Below, in pieces: positions 1 to 11,952 of a stretch of DNA of 46,152 bases. Position 1 is the stretch's first letter, and each line of letters begins with the position of its first letter. The translations under genes were made by a program, and so were the position numbers. The DNA is from Chromera velia (Eukaryota). The stretch lies in contig JAHBMJ010000526.1 in assembly GCA_018398765.1 (NCBI GenBank), positions 1 to 46,152 on the forward strand, given 5' to 3'. The notes beneath the pieces are model-generated. The model searched no databases and was not told the origin of the DNA. It saw only the letters and a list, made by a program, of their open reading frames with translations.

Positions 1-325
1 GGGGGGGGATCGAGCGATTGACTGCGTGACGCGGGGTGGGGGGGGATCAAAACAAGGGAAGGGGAAAAACGGCTCTGAACCTGAAGATCGACAGAAGGTT
101 TCCTTGAGAGTCAGACAGACAGACAGCCTTTCTTACTTTCCCCCTCCTCCTTGTGAAGTCTTCTAGGGGACAGGATGCGCGACTGCGAAGAGCATCCGAG
201 CCTCGATCTGCATTCCATTTTCCTTCCGGCTGGCAGGCAGGCAGGCAGGCAGGCAGCGAAAGGTAAGGAGCTGGCCTTTCAGCCTCGCTCGCCGCTCCCT
301 CAGACACAGGTTTTCTTTCAGCCCC

Positions 326-395
326 TCACTTCCTGATACCTGCCATCCATGATGCGTGAGGAGAAAGGTCAGTCAGGTAAGGTTCGATGAGCGGC
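326..395 (-). CDS. Possible isolated exon (VPLIEPYLTDLSPHASWMAGIRK) of an unidentified gene or a kinase 3' extension
   Basis: Pyrimidine tract plus AG upstream and GTGAGG downstream on the - strand; complex peptide within low-complexity DNA; no recognisable family. Confidence 0.25.
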
Positions 396-1864
396 ACTAC
401 GTCAGTCAAAGACACAAAGAAAAGAAGGGCAAGTGCAACGGGTGGATGATTCTCGAGGGGTGGATGTCGAACTAGATACAAAGAAGAAGAAGAAGAAGAA
501 GAAGAAGAAGAAGGAGAAGAAAGAAGCAGAAAAGGCGATTTAATTGTTTGAAAGAAATAGACAACCACGGCGATGGAGAAGCAAAGACAGAGAACGGCGG
601 CAGACAAAGAGAAAGAAAGGAGACAAGCAAAAAGAGAGGGAGGAGTGGAACGGAGGCACAAAAGGGAGGTCAGAAAGAAGAAAAGACCGCCCATAATTAT
701 GCTAACTGAGTGGGTGGGTGAGCAGAATGAAAACTGAAAGAACCAACTGCGATAAAGAAACAATCGAGATAGAGCAGTCATTCTGCCTACCGACTCCAAA
801 AGAATGAAGGCTTTCACGATGCATGCTTCACCGCAATAGACCAGAGCTCTTTATGCCTCTCCCTCCCCCTCCGTCTTTTCCCACGATTTCGATCGGAGCT
901 CGACTGATTCGGAAAGGAGGAAGCTGATACAGCCAATCAGTCAGTCAGTCAGTCTGTCAATCGAACTGCCGAATGCATGAAAAGTGATCACATCTCGAAT
1001 TAAGTTTCAATTCACACACGCCCAACCAGTGGCAAAAACATGCAGCAAGGTGGCAGGTGGGCAGATTTTTCTCGCTACCAACAAAATCAACAAGCAAACA
1101 AAAATGCCAGAAACTTCCTGGGAATGACAGAAAGGAATGAAAGAAGACCAACCGGAGAGACGTACAGCCGGGGCGCTTCACCGACCTGCTTGGTAGACAT
1201 GCAGGCAGGAAGGAAGGCGCCTACAGGGAGGGAGGCAGCAATAAAGAGAGAAGCAGGACCGAGAGGGAGGAGAGCCCTCTTCGCTCTGCCCCGCCTTCTC
1301 TCCGAGGAACGAGAAGAGAACAAAAGGGGAATGGGAAAGAAGAACGCGGCGCAGCAGTTTGAGTCAGGACAGAGAGGGAGGCAGAGAAAGAGAAAGAGGA
1401 TATGAGAACTGGTAAAAAAAGAGGAGCGAAGAGCCGAGGAAGGATCCATCGAGAGAGCTTTCCTCATTCTGTTGCTGAAGTGTCAAAGTCCATTTCTTTC
1501 TTCTGCCATCTTGATCCCCTATCTCCTCCACAGCACCCTCCGCTCCCCTTTTTGTATCGTTTCTACTCCCTCCTCCAGCGAGGGGGCCTGCAGGGCCTCC
1601 TCTTCCCTTCTCCCTCTTCTCTTCTTTAGAGAAACACAGAAGGAATCCTATCGATCTCTCGAGGCCTCCTTTGGAGGGAGAGCATCCTTCTTTCTTTTTC
1701 TTTTCTTCGTCTTCTTCCTGCCCCCCTCACCCCTCGGTCTTGACAACTGGCTGATCTACGCAAAGAAAAATAAATAAATATTCTCCTGTGACCCGATTTG
1801 GGAGAGATCAATTCCTTTCCTACTTCTACGATCAGAGACTCCGATTTCTTCTTCTCCCTCCGTC

Positions 1865-4318
1865 TCACTCGTATCCGTCCCAGAGGAGTTTCTGTAGCCC
1901 CTCGAGGTCCTCTTTGGGCTCTTTGAAGAACGGAAACTGCATCGCCTCGGAAGCGGTGGGGCGGCTGCTGGGCTTCATCTGGAGGAGAGCGAGGAGGAGC
2001 TCGAGAAACCTGAGAGCGTTTATTTTCATAAAAAGAATTCTGTATGAAAATAAGGGCTTCATCTGGAGGAGAGCGAGGAGGAGCTCGAGAAACCTGAGAG
2101 AGGAGGGGGTGGAGTGGAGAAGCATTGTGAAGTGAGTTATCCTCTGATTTGTGCGAGTACAACCTACACACACACATGGCTTGTATGTGTGTATCATTCA
2201 GGAATTTGAGGGAATGGTGCTCAGAGGGGGAGGGCATAGGCAGGAAGGAAGCAAGGAAGGAAGAAATACACACGTTGAGAGAGAGAGAGATCCTTGCAGA
2301 GAGAAGGGGGGGCCGACGAAGTTGAGTAAAGAACACAGAGAGAGCACAAACACACGAGTCACGGGAGAGGAGAACAGAGGCGTGAGGACAACACATGCTG
2401 ATGGAGTGAGTTGAATTGAACCGAAGTAAGTATTCACTCACTCACTCACTCACTCACCGGAGTTCCCTCCAAGATCTCCAGGCCTGCCTCACGACTTGCA
2501 GTTTGGATTCCACAGGAGAGACCTCTGCAGCTGCTCCTGACAGACGGCCTGCTAACACAGACCCGCAACCATTCTTCCTCACCCCCTCTGCCCCCCCCCG
2601 TCCTCCATCCATCGCTCCAGTCCCTCCTGCCCCCCGTCTCCTGCTCCCGTCAATTGGCAGCAGGAAGAGGGGGCCTGGAGAGGAGTCAGAAAAAGGGGAT
2701 GAATGTTTTGGCTTCTGGCTTGAGGTGTTTGTGTTTTCCGACTTTTGAGGCTTGCTGCTGGTCTCTCTCTCTGAAGGGAGGTGAGTGAGAGCTCGGAGGC
2801 ACGAGAGGGGAGGTTCGAATTTTGGATTGACAAATAATCGGAAGGGGGGGGACCGCGTGGGGGGGTCGGTTGACGAGGAAGAAGACGAAGAGACGGGAGG
2901 GTTCTGCCTCCGTCTGACGACTCTCTCCTTCTCTCTTCCGTCTTCCCCTTTCTTCTGCTGAAGCGGTGGGGGGCACTTGCCGAGGCTTTCATGTTCTTCC
3001 GCTCTCTGTCGCTTCTTTCCTCTTAACGTGCATGGGTAATGGGGGTGCAGAGACGCTGCGGAAAGAGGAAGATGGATTGGAGGGTTTTGTTTCGTTCTGG
3101 AGACGGAGACGGGGTCAGGAGAGACGACGGCAGAGGAAGGAGACAGGGAACTCCACGTTTCTCTGTTCCGTCTCCTCGGTGTTCTCGATCCCTCGCCGCC
3201 TTTCTGCTGCTGCTTCTTTGTCCGCCCCTCAGCATCCGAAGACGCAAGAGAAGACGACGAAGAAGACAGACATGATTGTGCGGCTGTAGACTGACTTTGA
3301 CTGTGACTTTTTGAATTCGCAATGCATGAGATTCCTTGCTGCCCCTCCACTTTCCTTTCCACAAAATCTTTTTCGGTCTCTTTGACATCTCCTCCCGCTG
3401 CTGCCCAGAAATTCATTTTTTGAGTCACCGTTCCCACCAGACCACTGATAGCAGGGGGGATGGGGAGGGGAAAGAAGGAGAGAGCGTTCCACAGGGATGA
3501 GGAGGCTGATGCTGAATTGGAGTTCGGCGTTTCCTCTTTCGCCTTCTCCCTCACTTGTTTCGCTTTGTCACACTCTTCTGGCTCTGAGTCAGAATCAGAA
3601 TCGATGCAGATGGCATCTGTGCCGACATCACAAACAATCTCAACCTCCGTGAGCTCCAGGTCGTCTCCCTCTGTCCCCATCCCCTTCTTTGCAGAAGGAG
3701 AACAAGAACGAGGGCCCGGAAAGGAGACGGAGAGGCTTGGGGTTGCAGATGTGGCAGATGTGATTTGAAGAGGTCGAGCAGGAGGAGGAGAAGACTGCTG
3801 GTGAAGTTCATGCAGTCTCTCTTTCAGACACTTCAGGTCAGCCTCCACACGCTCCTTCTCTTCATGCAGTCTGAAGATGCGGAACGGTACATCATCAAAC
3901 ACTCCTACACCCAAACCACCACCCCTGCGGGAGCACGATGCACTTTCTCGGCCTCTTCTCGAAGGAGTGGCAGAGTCTGTAGAGGAGGGGACCTTTGTCA
4001 CCTCCTGAGGGCATCGGAAGAGACAAGAAGAGAAGAGGAGAAGAGGGATCGGATATAGCCACCATTTTTCCTCATTAATTATCCATTTGTTGGTTTTCTC
4101 CTCAGCCCTCTGTCCTTTTGATCGTGCATGTTCAGGCGTGTCCTCGTGCGTGTCTCTCCGCTCTGTTGCCCATTCCGCTTTTTTGTTTTTTTTTGTTTTT
4201 CATACAGTCCACAAACAGCCTGACTCCCTGATACACGCAAATGAATAGCTGCATCGACGGAAGCACTTCTACACATACGCATATATGTGCCACACGCTGA
4301 CAAAGTAGGCATACGAAA

Positions 4319-4349
<31 letters not shown>

Positions 4350-6063
4350 GCGCGCGCATTCACCTAACCGACCCACCAACCAACCGACCGACCTTCAACA
4401 AAGCCAGGTGAGCGCTGTCGTCGTCAGACCAGAAAGGGACCAGCTCCCTTCCTGCTGCCAACTCAAACAGGACACACCCGGCACTCCACAAATCGGCAGG
4501 AAGGTTCCAGGTTGGTTCCACGCCTCGGGCCTGCAGCGAAGGGAGGGGCACATACAGCCAAAAAGAGAGCCGGTCAGGGCAGGGGGATGCTCCCAGTGTG
4601 CATGCATCGATGCACAAGAACGAGCGCATCAGGTAGCCAGTGCATGGATACAAAACAAACTCCATGCGAATGAAGGGCAGGGACATGCTTGTACCAGACA
4701 GACTGTATGGTGTACATCAGACAGACGGACAGACAGACAGACCGACAGAAAGAGAACATGTCCGTAGATAGATGTTTCTGAACTGACTGTGTCTCTCTTT
4801 TCTTTCGGTCCTTCTCTAACATTTGCCCTTCTGTCGCCTGCTTTGCCGCTGTTTGTTTGTGTATCTGCCTGCCTGCCTGTCTGTGTAAGCCAGCGACGTC
4901 GTCCGAAGACCGGATGAAAGGAAGCAATTGGTTCCAAGCCTCTCTCGCGTCAATCTCTCACCCACACACCCACACACCCCCGCCCTCTCTGTGTGACCCA
5001 CCCCAGCCGCCAAAACCTCGGGGCATCTGTAGGGACGAGTAGAGATCAACCCTGATCCCTCAAACCCAGGCTTGATCAGGATGGCGTTCCCGAAATCCAA
5101 AAGCTTGATCTTCAACGGCTTGGGGGGACTCGAACCCTCAGGCTCAGTCCCAGCGGATTCGTCAACAAATCTCGCGCTGTCCTTAACGCATGAGAGCGCA
5201 ATGTTGGCAGGCTTCAGATCTGTGTGTGCCACGTTCTGCGCGTGCAGAAGCCTGAGTGCATCAAGAAGCTGGAGCCCTGCGTCACGCACCTGCATCCATC
5301 CATCCACCCATCCAAGCAAAGTGTCCAAAATTCAGGACTCTGACCCAGAGAATGAACGAGGACGCACGGTCTCTTTGAGACTGGAAAACCTCAAAGCACA
5401 GAGAGTGTCTGTGCGTGCGTGCGTGTGTGTGTGTGTGTGGGTGGGTGCGTGTGTGTGGGTGTGTGAGAGAGAGAGGTGCATGACTGTTGCTTACTGAATC
5501 GACTTGGAGGGAGGGAGAGGGAAGGTACAAACTCCAGAAACCACTCGAGAGGCACAAGTCGGTGAGTCGCTGTTGTTTCTATTTCTGTGTGCGTATGTGT
5601 CGACATCTACGTACAATGTACACGGGCAAGAGAAGAGGAGGAGGAGGAACGAGACTGACTGACTGACTGACTGACTGACTGCATCGAGGGAGAATCCTCG
5701 TTTGTAGTGAGACGACGTTTTTGTTCCCGTCTCACTTTTTTCCTGCTTTCCCCCCTCACGTCCCCTCTTCCTCTCTCTCCCAGAATTTCCCCCCGTCCCT
5801 TTGCTTCTCTTTCTTTGTAATGCTCTCGCTTGGACAGCGGCTGCCTTCGCTCGCCTCTCCAACACAGAAGCAAGACAGGGTCCGAGGAGCTCCATGACGA
5901 TGCACCGAAACGGCCCCTTCCCTGTCTGCGTCCGAGAGATGAAGGAGCTCTGGAACCTGACGCATCTGCAGATCCATCGATCGATCGAGCAAAGCAGGGG
6001 GTGCACAGACAAATTAAGGCACTTACACTGCCGAAACCCCCTGGACGCAGTTCACCCCACATC

Positions 6064-6096
<33 letters not shown>

Positions 6097-6556
6097 CTCT
6101 CTTCAACCGCACAGGCCTGCTTACCGGTCTTTCTCTCCTCCGAGAGATTGTCCTGTGGCCTCAGACTTCAGTACCCGATCCTCCCCTCCACTCTGTCTTT
6201 CTTGCAGACTGGAGGACCCCGTCTTCAGCCCCTTCCTCTTCTTTCCACTGCCACCAGCGTCCAGCCGAACGACCTTTCCCCTCTGCTTCGTCTTTGCCTC
6301 CCGTTCCTCCCCTTCCACTTCGGCCCCCCCTAGGTTCTTGACCCTGTTCAACATCTCCACCTCTCCCTGAAAGTCAAGAAGAGGGAACCGTGGACGGAAT
6401 ACTTTCACAGCCAGCCTTTCTTTTTCCTTCCGCCCCCCTGCTGTCCTCTGCTTCTGCCCGCTCTCTGAGACCCGCGTGGCCTCATAGACGCAACCCCAGC
6501 CCCCCTCCGCGATGACGTCAGCCAGCAGACACCCCCCGATGGTCTCCCCCTTCAGC
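1865..6556 (-). CDS. Multi-exon CMGC protein kinase, CLK/LAMMER-like, divergent; 5' start exon not located
   Basis: Exons approx. 6125-6556 (IAEGGWGCVYEA; LAVKVF), a possible micro-exon ~6027-6040, 5680-5965 (CIVMELLGPCL), 5002-5289 (HTDLKPANI; LLDFGNA; ISTRPYRCPEVL), 4393-4530 (ADLWSAGCVLFEL; SAHLALLK), 2458-4004 (long Ser-rich insert) and 1865-~2009/2093 (LELLLALLQMKPSSRPTASEAMQFPFF, subdomain XI). GT-AG borders; phases compatible where checked. HTDLKP, STRxYR and HLAL resemble the CLK motifs HTDLKPEN, STRHYRAPE and EHLAMME. The gene may splice onward at GA|GTGAGA near 1866. Confidence 0.85.
1970..2100. repeat. 47-bp perfect direct repeat (1970-2016 / 2054-2100) flanking a 37-bp AT-rich near-palindrome
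   Basis: GGGCTTCATCTGGAGGAGAGCGAGGAGGAGCTCGAGAAACCTGAGAG occurs twice, 84 bp apart. The spacer contains TTATTTTCATA...GAATTC...TATGAAAATAA. Confidence 0.95.
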
Positions 6557-6623
6557 CTGCAGTGAACCTCAACAAACCCAGAGAGAACCAAGACATGCCC
6601 ACATGCACACACATACACACACA

Positions 6624-6661
<38 letters not shown>

Positions 6662-6899
6662 AGAGAGAGAGAAAGAGAGACTACAGATTCCATGACGAAC
6701 AGATTCAAACAAAACGGGACAGCGCTTCGCTCAATGCATCGCCGGAGAATTGCGGAAGAGGATCGTCTCCGCCTTCAACGTGAACCCCTGAGACTCAGAG
6801 AGGAAGGGGCACATCCGAGCATACTCTCCCACACTCTAAGGAAAACACCAACGCAACAGAAATCTCTGTCAAGGGAGACGACGATGAAAAATCTAGGGG

Positions 6900-8175
6900 C
6901 AGCAGAGAAAGACGGGCCAGAAACCGATGCAAGCTGAGAAAAGCTGACTTGCGAAACATCCCAGGCTGCTCCCTTCACCCTTGCTTTGCTGAATGCACCA
7001 GTAACAAACAAATCGAACAAATCGAGTTGGTTGGATGAAAGAAACCTCTAGCGAGAAAGATACCGGGGCCGGTGCCCCCGCTCCTTCTTTCTCTCCTCCT
7101 TCTCTTCTGTATTTGTTCGTCTGCTGAAATCGAAAAAGGCAGAATGGAGAGAAGAACAACGAGAAAGGGGTGATCTATGAAGGGAGGTTCAGAACAAACT
7201 CCGCGCCGGAGACGGAGCTAGGGAAAAACTGTGGCAAAGGGGCACACCCGCCTTGTGATACACCGAATACGAGCAGAGAGAGGAACAAGCTTGTCAACAA
7301 GCGGGCGTTCACAACTGACAGAGCACTTGGCCCACGTGACTGTCGTTCAAAGGGAGCTATTAATACGGGGTGCTATAAATATCATCACGGACACCCAGTG
7401 GCGGTCGTCTCTTGGATCATCTTGGATCTCAAAGGCCGGGCACATCAAAAATGTTTGCATGTGGGGCACGTAATATGGCACGCGTGCCGTGGCCCCCGGC
7501 CGACGGTATAGTAGCCCCCAATGCTCAAGTAGCCACGAAAAAATGGAGAGTTTGCGTCCCCAGCCGGCCCCTGCCGCGGAGCCTGTCAGATACCGTGGCC
7601 GCCGGCGGAGCCGACCAATGAAATTGAACTTTCAATGTAGTTCATGAACTTTTGGGGGCCACGGCATGCTCCCTGGGAGCACACGAATTAGTTGAATCGA
7701 TGTTGAATCGCGTCGAATTTAGTGAGGCGAAACATATGGCGAAATTGACAGCTACATTGGCATGGTCAATGGAGAGAGATGGAGAGAGATGGAGAAAGTA
7801 CCATAGAGATCAATAGAGCACATGGAGAGAACCTCTCAGAGAGACGGAGAAACTCTGGATTGGGAAAACTGTTCTGAGAACACAGTCAGAGTGATAGTTC
7901 TACCACCTGGAATGATCACTGGGTGACATATTGTGCTCCGTTCGTCAGTCAAAGTCTTCAGCTTGAAGTAGGCCTTTGTGGTGTGTTTTCTTCATCAACC
8001 TGAAGTCGCTTTCCTTGGCCCACCGTTGTGTTAAAACAAGCCGGGAGCAGCTTTACGACTATCACTGATAAGAAGAGTCGTGCATTAGACACGTTGTCGT
8101 TCTTCTTGTTGTTTCCCTTCCGGGAAAGTATTCTGGCGAAGTGTCTTTCCAGATTCGGTGAAATAGACCGGAAGG
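6900..8175. promoter_or_regulatory. Putative divergent promoter region between the kinase (-) and LUC7 (+)
   Basis: Head-to-head gene orientation; contains a 13-bp inverted repeat (7485-7497 / 7654-7666) and ATGGAGAGAG tandem copies near 7769-7797. Transcription start sites cannot be determined. Confidence 0.4.
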
Positions 8176-9177
8176 ATGTCGGCAGACATGCGGAAACACC
8201 TCGAGGCCCTCATGGCCACTCTGGGGGCTCAGGCAAACGATGACGAAGACGCAGGCATCCAGTTCACAGATCCTGATGTGTGCAAGTTCTTCCTTCTCGG
8301 TCTCTGTCCCTCGGAGCTCTTCGAGAACACGGTACGTCAGTCAGCCGGTGTCGTACAAATCAGAATAAGGCTCTGGCAAGAACACAAGTGGGAGCAACGA
8401 ACCTTCCATTCGTAAACTGAGCTGCTCTGCTTGTTTGCATGCAGAAATACTTCCAGGGAGAGTGTAAACTGAAGCACTCGGACAAAGCCAAAAAACAGTC
8501 AGTTGCGTTTCGCTTCCTCGGCGCCCTGTTTGGTCACAACCTTTCCTTTGGGTGTTCCTGGTGTGCTCTCCTTTTCGGTCTGTATGTCCGCGGTTTCTTT
8601 TCTGTTTCTGGACGGCTGACGGGAAAGGAAACCGCATGCATGTTGGCGGGCCTGTGCTGTGGATTGGACTGTTTTTGTGCGTGGGCCGTTTTGCCTTCTC
8701 TTTCTGTCTCCACGGAGCTGCGACCCGCCTTCCGCATCTCTGCTTCCATCTCTCTCTCTGTGCATGTCTCTTCCTACCCCTCTCTCTGTCCCTCTGTGTG
8801 TGTGTTTGTGGCGAAAGAAATGCTGCAAAAGCAGCCGAATGGAGAACATTCAGAGTGTGCACAGAAAGACCCAAAGCGAAAGTGGAATTTATCAGTGTTG
8901 CATTCATTCGTCGCTTTCAGGTACGCAGAGGCGAAAAAGAAGAAGCGCTACGGATACGAGGAAGAGTTCTTGAAGTTTGCGCAGCCCATGATCACCAACG
9001 CAGACAAAAAAATTGCACAGGGGAAGGTCAGACAGACCCGGGATGGAGAGAGGATGGGGAGGCGCAGGCGAAGGCTGACGTACTCTCTCTCTCTTCCTCT
9101 CTCTCTCTTTCTTTCTCTCTCTCTGTCTCTCTCTTTCTCTCTGTCTCTCTGTCTCTCTCTTTCTCTCTGTCTCTCTG

Positions 9178-9234
<57 letters not shown>

Positions 9235-11952
9235 CTGACTGACTGACGTGCTCCCACACGCGCATGGACCCTTTGACTTCGTGTCCTCCCTCCCTCCCTC
9301 CCTCCCTGCAGGCCCGTGTTGCAGATGACGCCCTCGGCCCCCCCGCTCCTGAGCCCGGAGAGGTGGAGAACGACGAGGATATCAAGAAGATGACAGAGGA
9401 GATGGCCGAGAAGGCCAAGAAAGCAGAGGCGGCAGGAGAGGAGGGAGACGTCGATCTGTCAATGAAGCTCATGGCAGAGGTGGAGGAAATCGAAAAGCGG
9501 AAAAACGTGGCAGTGCAAATGAAGCTCAATGCGAAGCAGACAGTTTTGGGTAACCAGCAGAAGCTTCGAGTTTGCGACATTTGCGGTGCCTTCCTCTCTG
9601 CAACAGATAGTGAAAAACGCCTCCAGGTTGGTGCACGGTGTTCTTGCCGACTCGCTCGCTCATTTCAGGAAGGAACGAATGATCCGGAAAGGAAAAGAAG
9701 AAATCATGAAACAGACACAATGAAAGCATGCATGAAAGAAAGAAGGGAAGGAGGGAAGAAGGAGAGAGTGAGACAAAGAGAGACCCCCACCCCCCCACCC
9801 CCACAGAGAGAGAGAGACAGCAAAAACGAAAGACTTCCTCTGTGTGCCGAATGACGATGCAGCAAAAGTCTCCGAGACAAGATAGCGGATCCAACCGAGG
9901 TAGGCAGGCAGGCAGGCAGGCAGGTGTGCGTGTATTGAGTTGGATCTGAGAAAATGTGCAGGTATCCTGCAGGTTCGTGTTTCTGTATGTGGGTGGGCCC
10001 ATCCGCTGCCTGCCCGGGAACCATCAGAGTCTCCCTTGTGCTCTCTCTGACAAGGTGGCGGCTGTTTCGGGGATGTGCGTATGCATGCGAAGATCTACAC
10101 AAGCACACATACACACACGCGCACAGAGAGAGACGACCATCCAATGACTACATGAGAAAAAAAACGCGGACACGGATGGGTGGATGATCATTTTCTCTCC
10201 CTGACTGCATGAATGAATGTCGATGATGCAGGATCACTACGAGGGCAAAGTGCACCTCGGGTTCAAGGCCATCAGGGAGAAGGCGACGGCCCTCGAGAAG
10301 TGGCTGGACAAGGAAGCCCCGTCTTCGTTTGCCTCTTCAGCTGACGGAGGGATTAACGGAGGAGGGGCGTTCGCACGGAGCTCCACTAGGGACAGGAGCA
10401 GGTCCAGAGGGTGGGTTCCTCTCCTCTCTTTCTATCAATACATGGTTGTATGGGGGTATCTCCTCTCCTCTCCTCTCCTCTCCTCTCCTCTCAGCTTCTG
10501 GTCCCCCATTCCCCCTTCCGCTCCCTGCCCGCGCTCTTTGCGTAGCCCCTCTTCATTCATCAAAATTTTTCTCTCGATCTACTTCGCTTACTCTTTCTTC
10601 TGCTGGCTCTGTCTCGCCATCTGGTGCATTCATTGCTTTCCTCAGCTCAAAGAAAAAACTGGAGGGAGGACGAGGGAGAGGGCGCGTCTGGTGTCTCCTC
10701 TCTTTTTTTCTTGTCCGACTGCCATGTTTCCTGCATTGACTCGTTCCAGTTTGCCTGCCTCTCCGGTTGTTTGCGTCCTTTTTGTATGTGGTCAAAAGTG
10801 TAAATGTGTGTGTCTGTTCGTATGTGTGTGCAGTGGGAGCCGAGAGAGGCGGGGCCCCTCACACTCTCGCGACAGAGACAGAGAGAGAGATGACCGGAGG
10901 GGCTACCGGAGGTGGGTCAAACGAGAGACAGAGACAGAGAGAGAGCGAAGTGAATGCAGAAAAGACAAAATGAAATAATCATCATGGACAATCAGTCCGG
11001 GTGAGAGAGAAAGAAATAGTCTCCTCATGCATGGTTGAGGAACCCCCCTGCAAAAACACAACGCGTGGAAAAGATCTGTGTCCGTGGTTGTGCCACAGGG
11101 CAGAGCTTGACAGTTTGTCTCCCCGTTTCTTTCTTTCTTTCTTTCTTTCTTTCTTGTTTTTGTGCTTCCGACTGCTGCCTGGTTTTCGTTTGCTACCGGG
11201 GACTTCGTGGACGTGTCCAGATGAATGTAACAAGACTCGACTGAACATTCATGCATGTGTGTGGGTTTTGTCTGTGTGTGTGTGCACGTGCAGAAGCAGC
11301 AGAGAGCGGGACTCCGATCGACGTGACTATCGTGACCGAGATAGGGACCGCTACTACGATAGAGACAGGGACAGGGGGGGGAGGGACTACGACCGGTACC
11401 GGGACAGAAGCTACAGGTGAGTGAGTGAGTAATTTGAGCTAGCTGCGACCCCTGCATGGCGGCGATGCCTGCTCAGAACAATCAAATGAGATCAAATCAC
11501 AATGCGTGCATGTGTAGGCAGGCAGGCCAGATGCATGTAGAGAAACGAGCCGGGGGGGGGNNNNNNNNNNNNNNNNNNNNNNNNNNNNNNNNNNNNNNNN
11601 NNNNNNNNNNNNNNNNNNNNNNNNNNNNNNNNNNNNNNNNNNNNNNNNNNNNNNNNNNNNNNNNNNNNNNNNNNNNNNNNNNNNNNNNNNNNNNNNNNNN
11701 NNNNNNNNNNNNNNNNNNNNNNNNNNNNNNNNNNNNNNNNNNNNNGGGGGGGGGGGGCATTCTCTCGGCAGGTCAGTCAGGCAATGCCAAGTGGGGTTTG
11801 ACAAGTCGTTTGTCCATCTTCGTCATTCTTTTTGGTCGTGATGGCCTAGCTGTGTCTGGGAAAAAAGAGGTGACAGTCACGGGTGAATATGCACACTCCA
11901 GAAGAAACCCCCCCCTCCCCCACTCTCTACTTCTGTGGCTTTCTGCAGATGA
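8176..11952 (+). CDS. LUC7: LUC7-like U1 snRNP-associated splicing factor with C-terminal RS/RD domain
   Basis: Exons 8176-8331, 8445-8497, 8921-9026, 9312-9626, 10232-10410, 10834-10911 and 11294-11416, with stop either at 11418-11420 (unspliced) or in an exon from 11949. Motifs FTDPDVCKFFLLGLCPSELFENT...GECKLKH (zinc finger 1), QQKLRVCDICGAFLS...RL-DHYEGKVHLGF (zinc finger 2) and an RS/RD-rich tail. Splice phases consistent where checked. Confidence 0.95.
11561..11745. other. Assembly gap flanked by poly-G
   Basis: Run of N. Confidence 1.
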
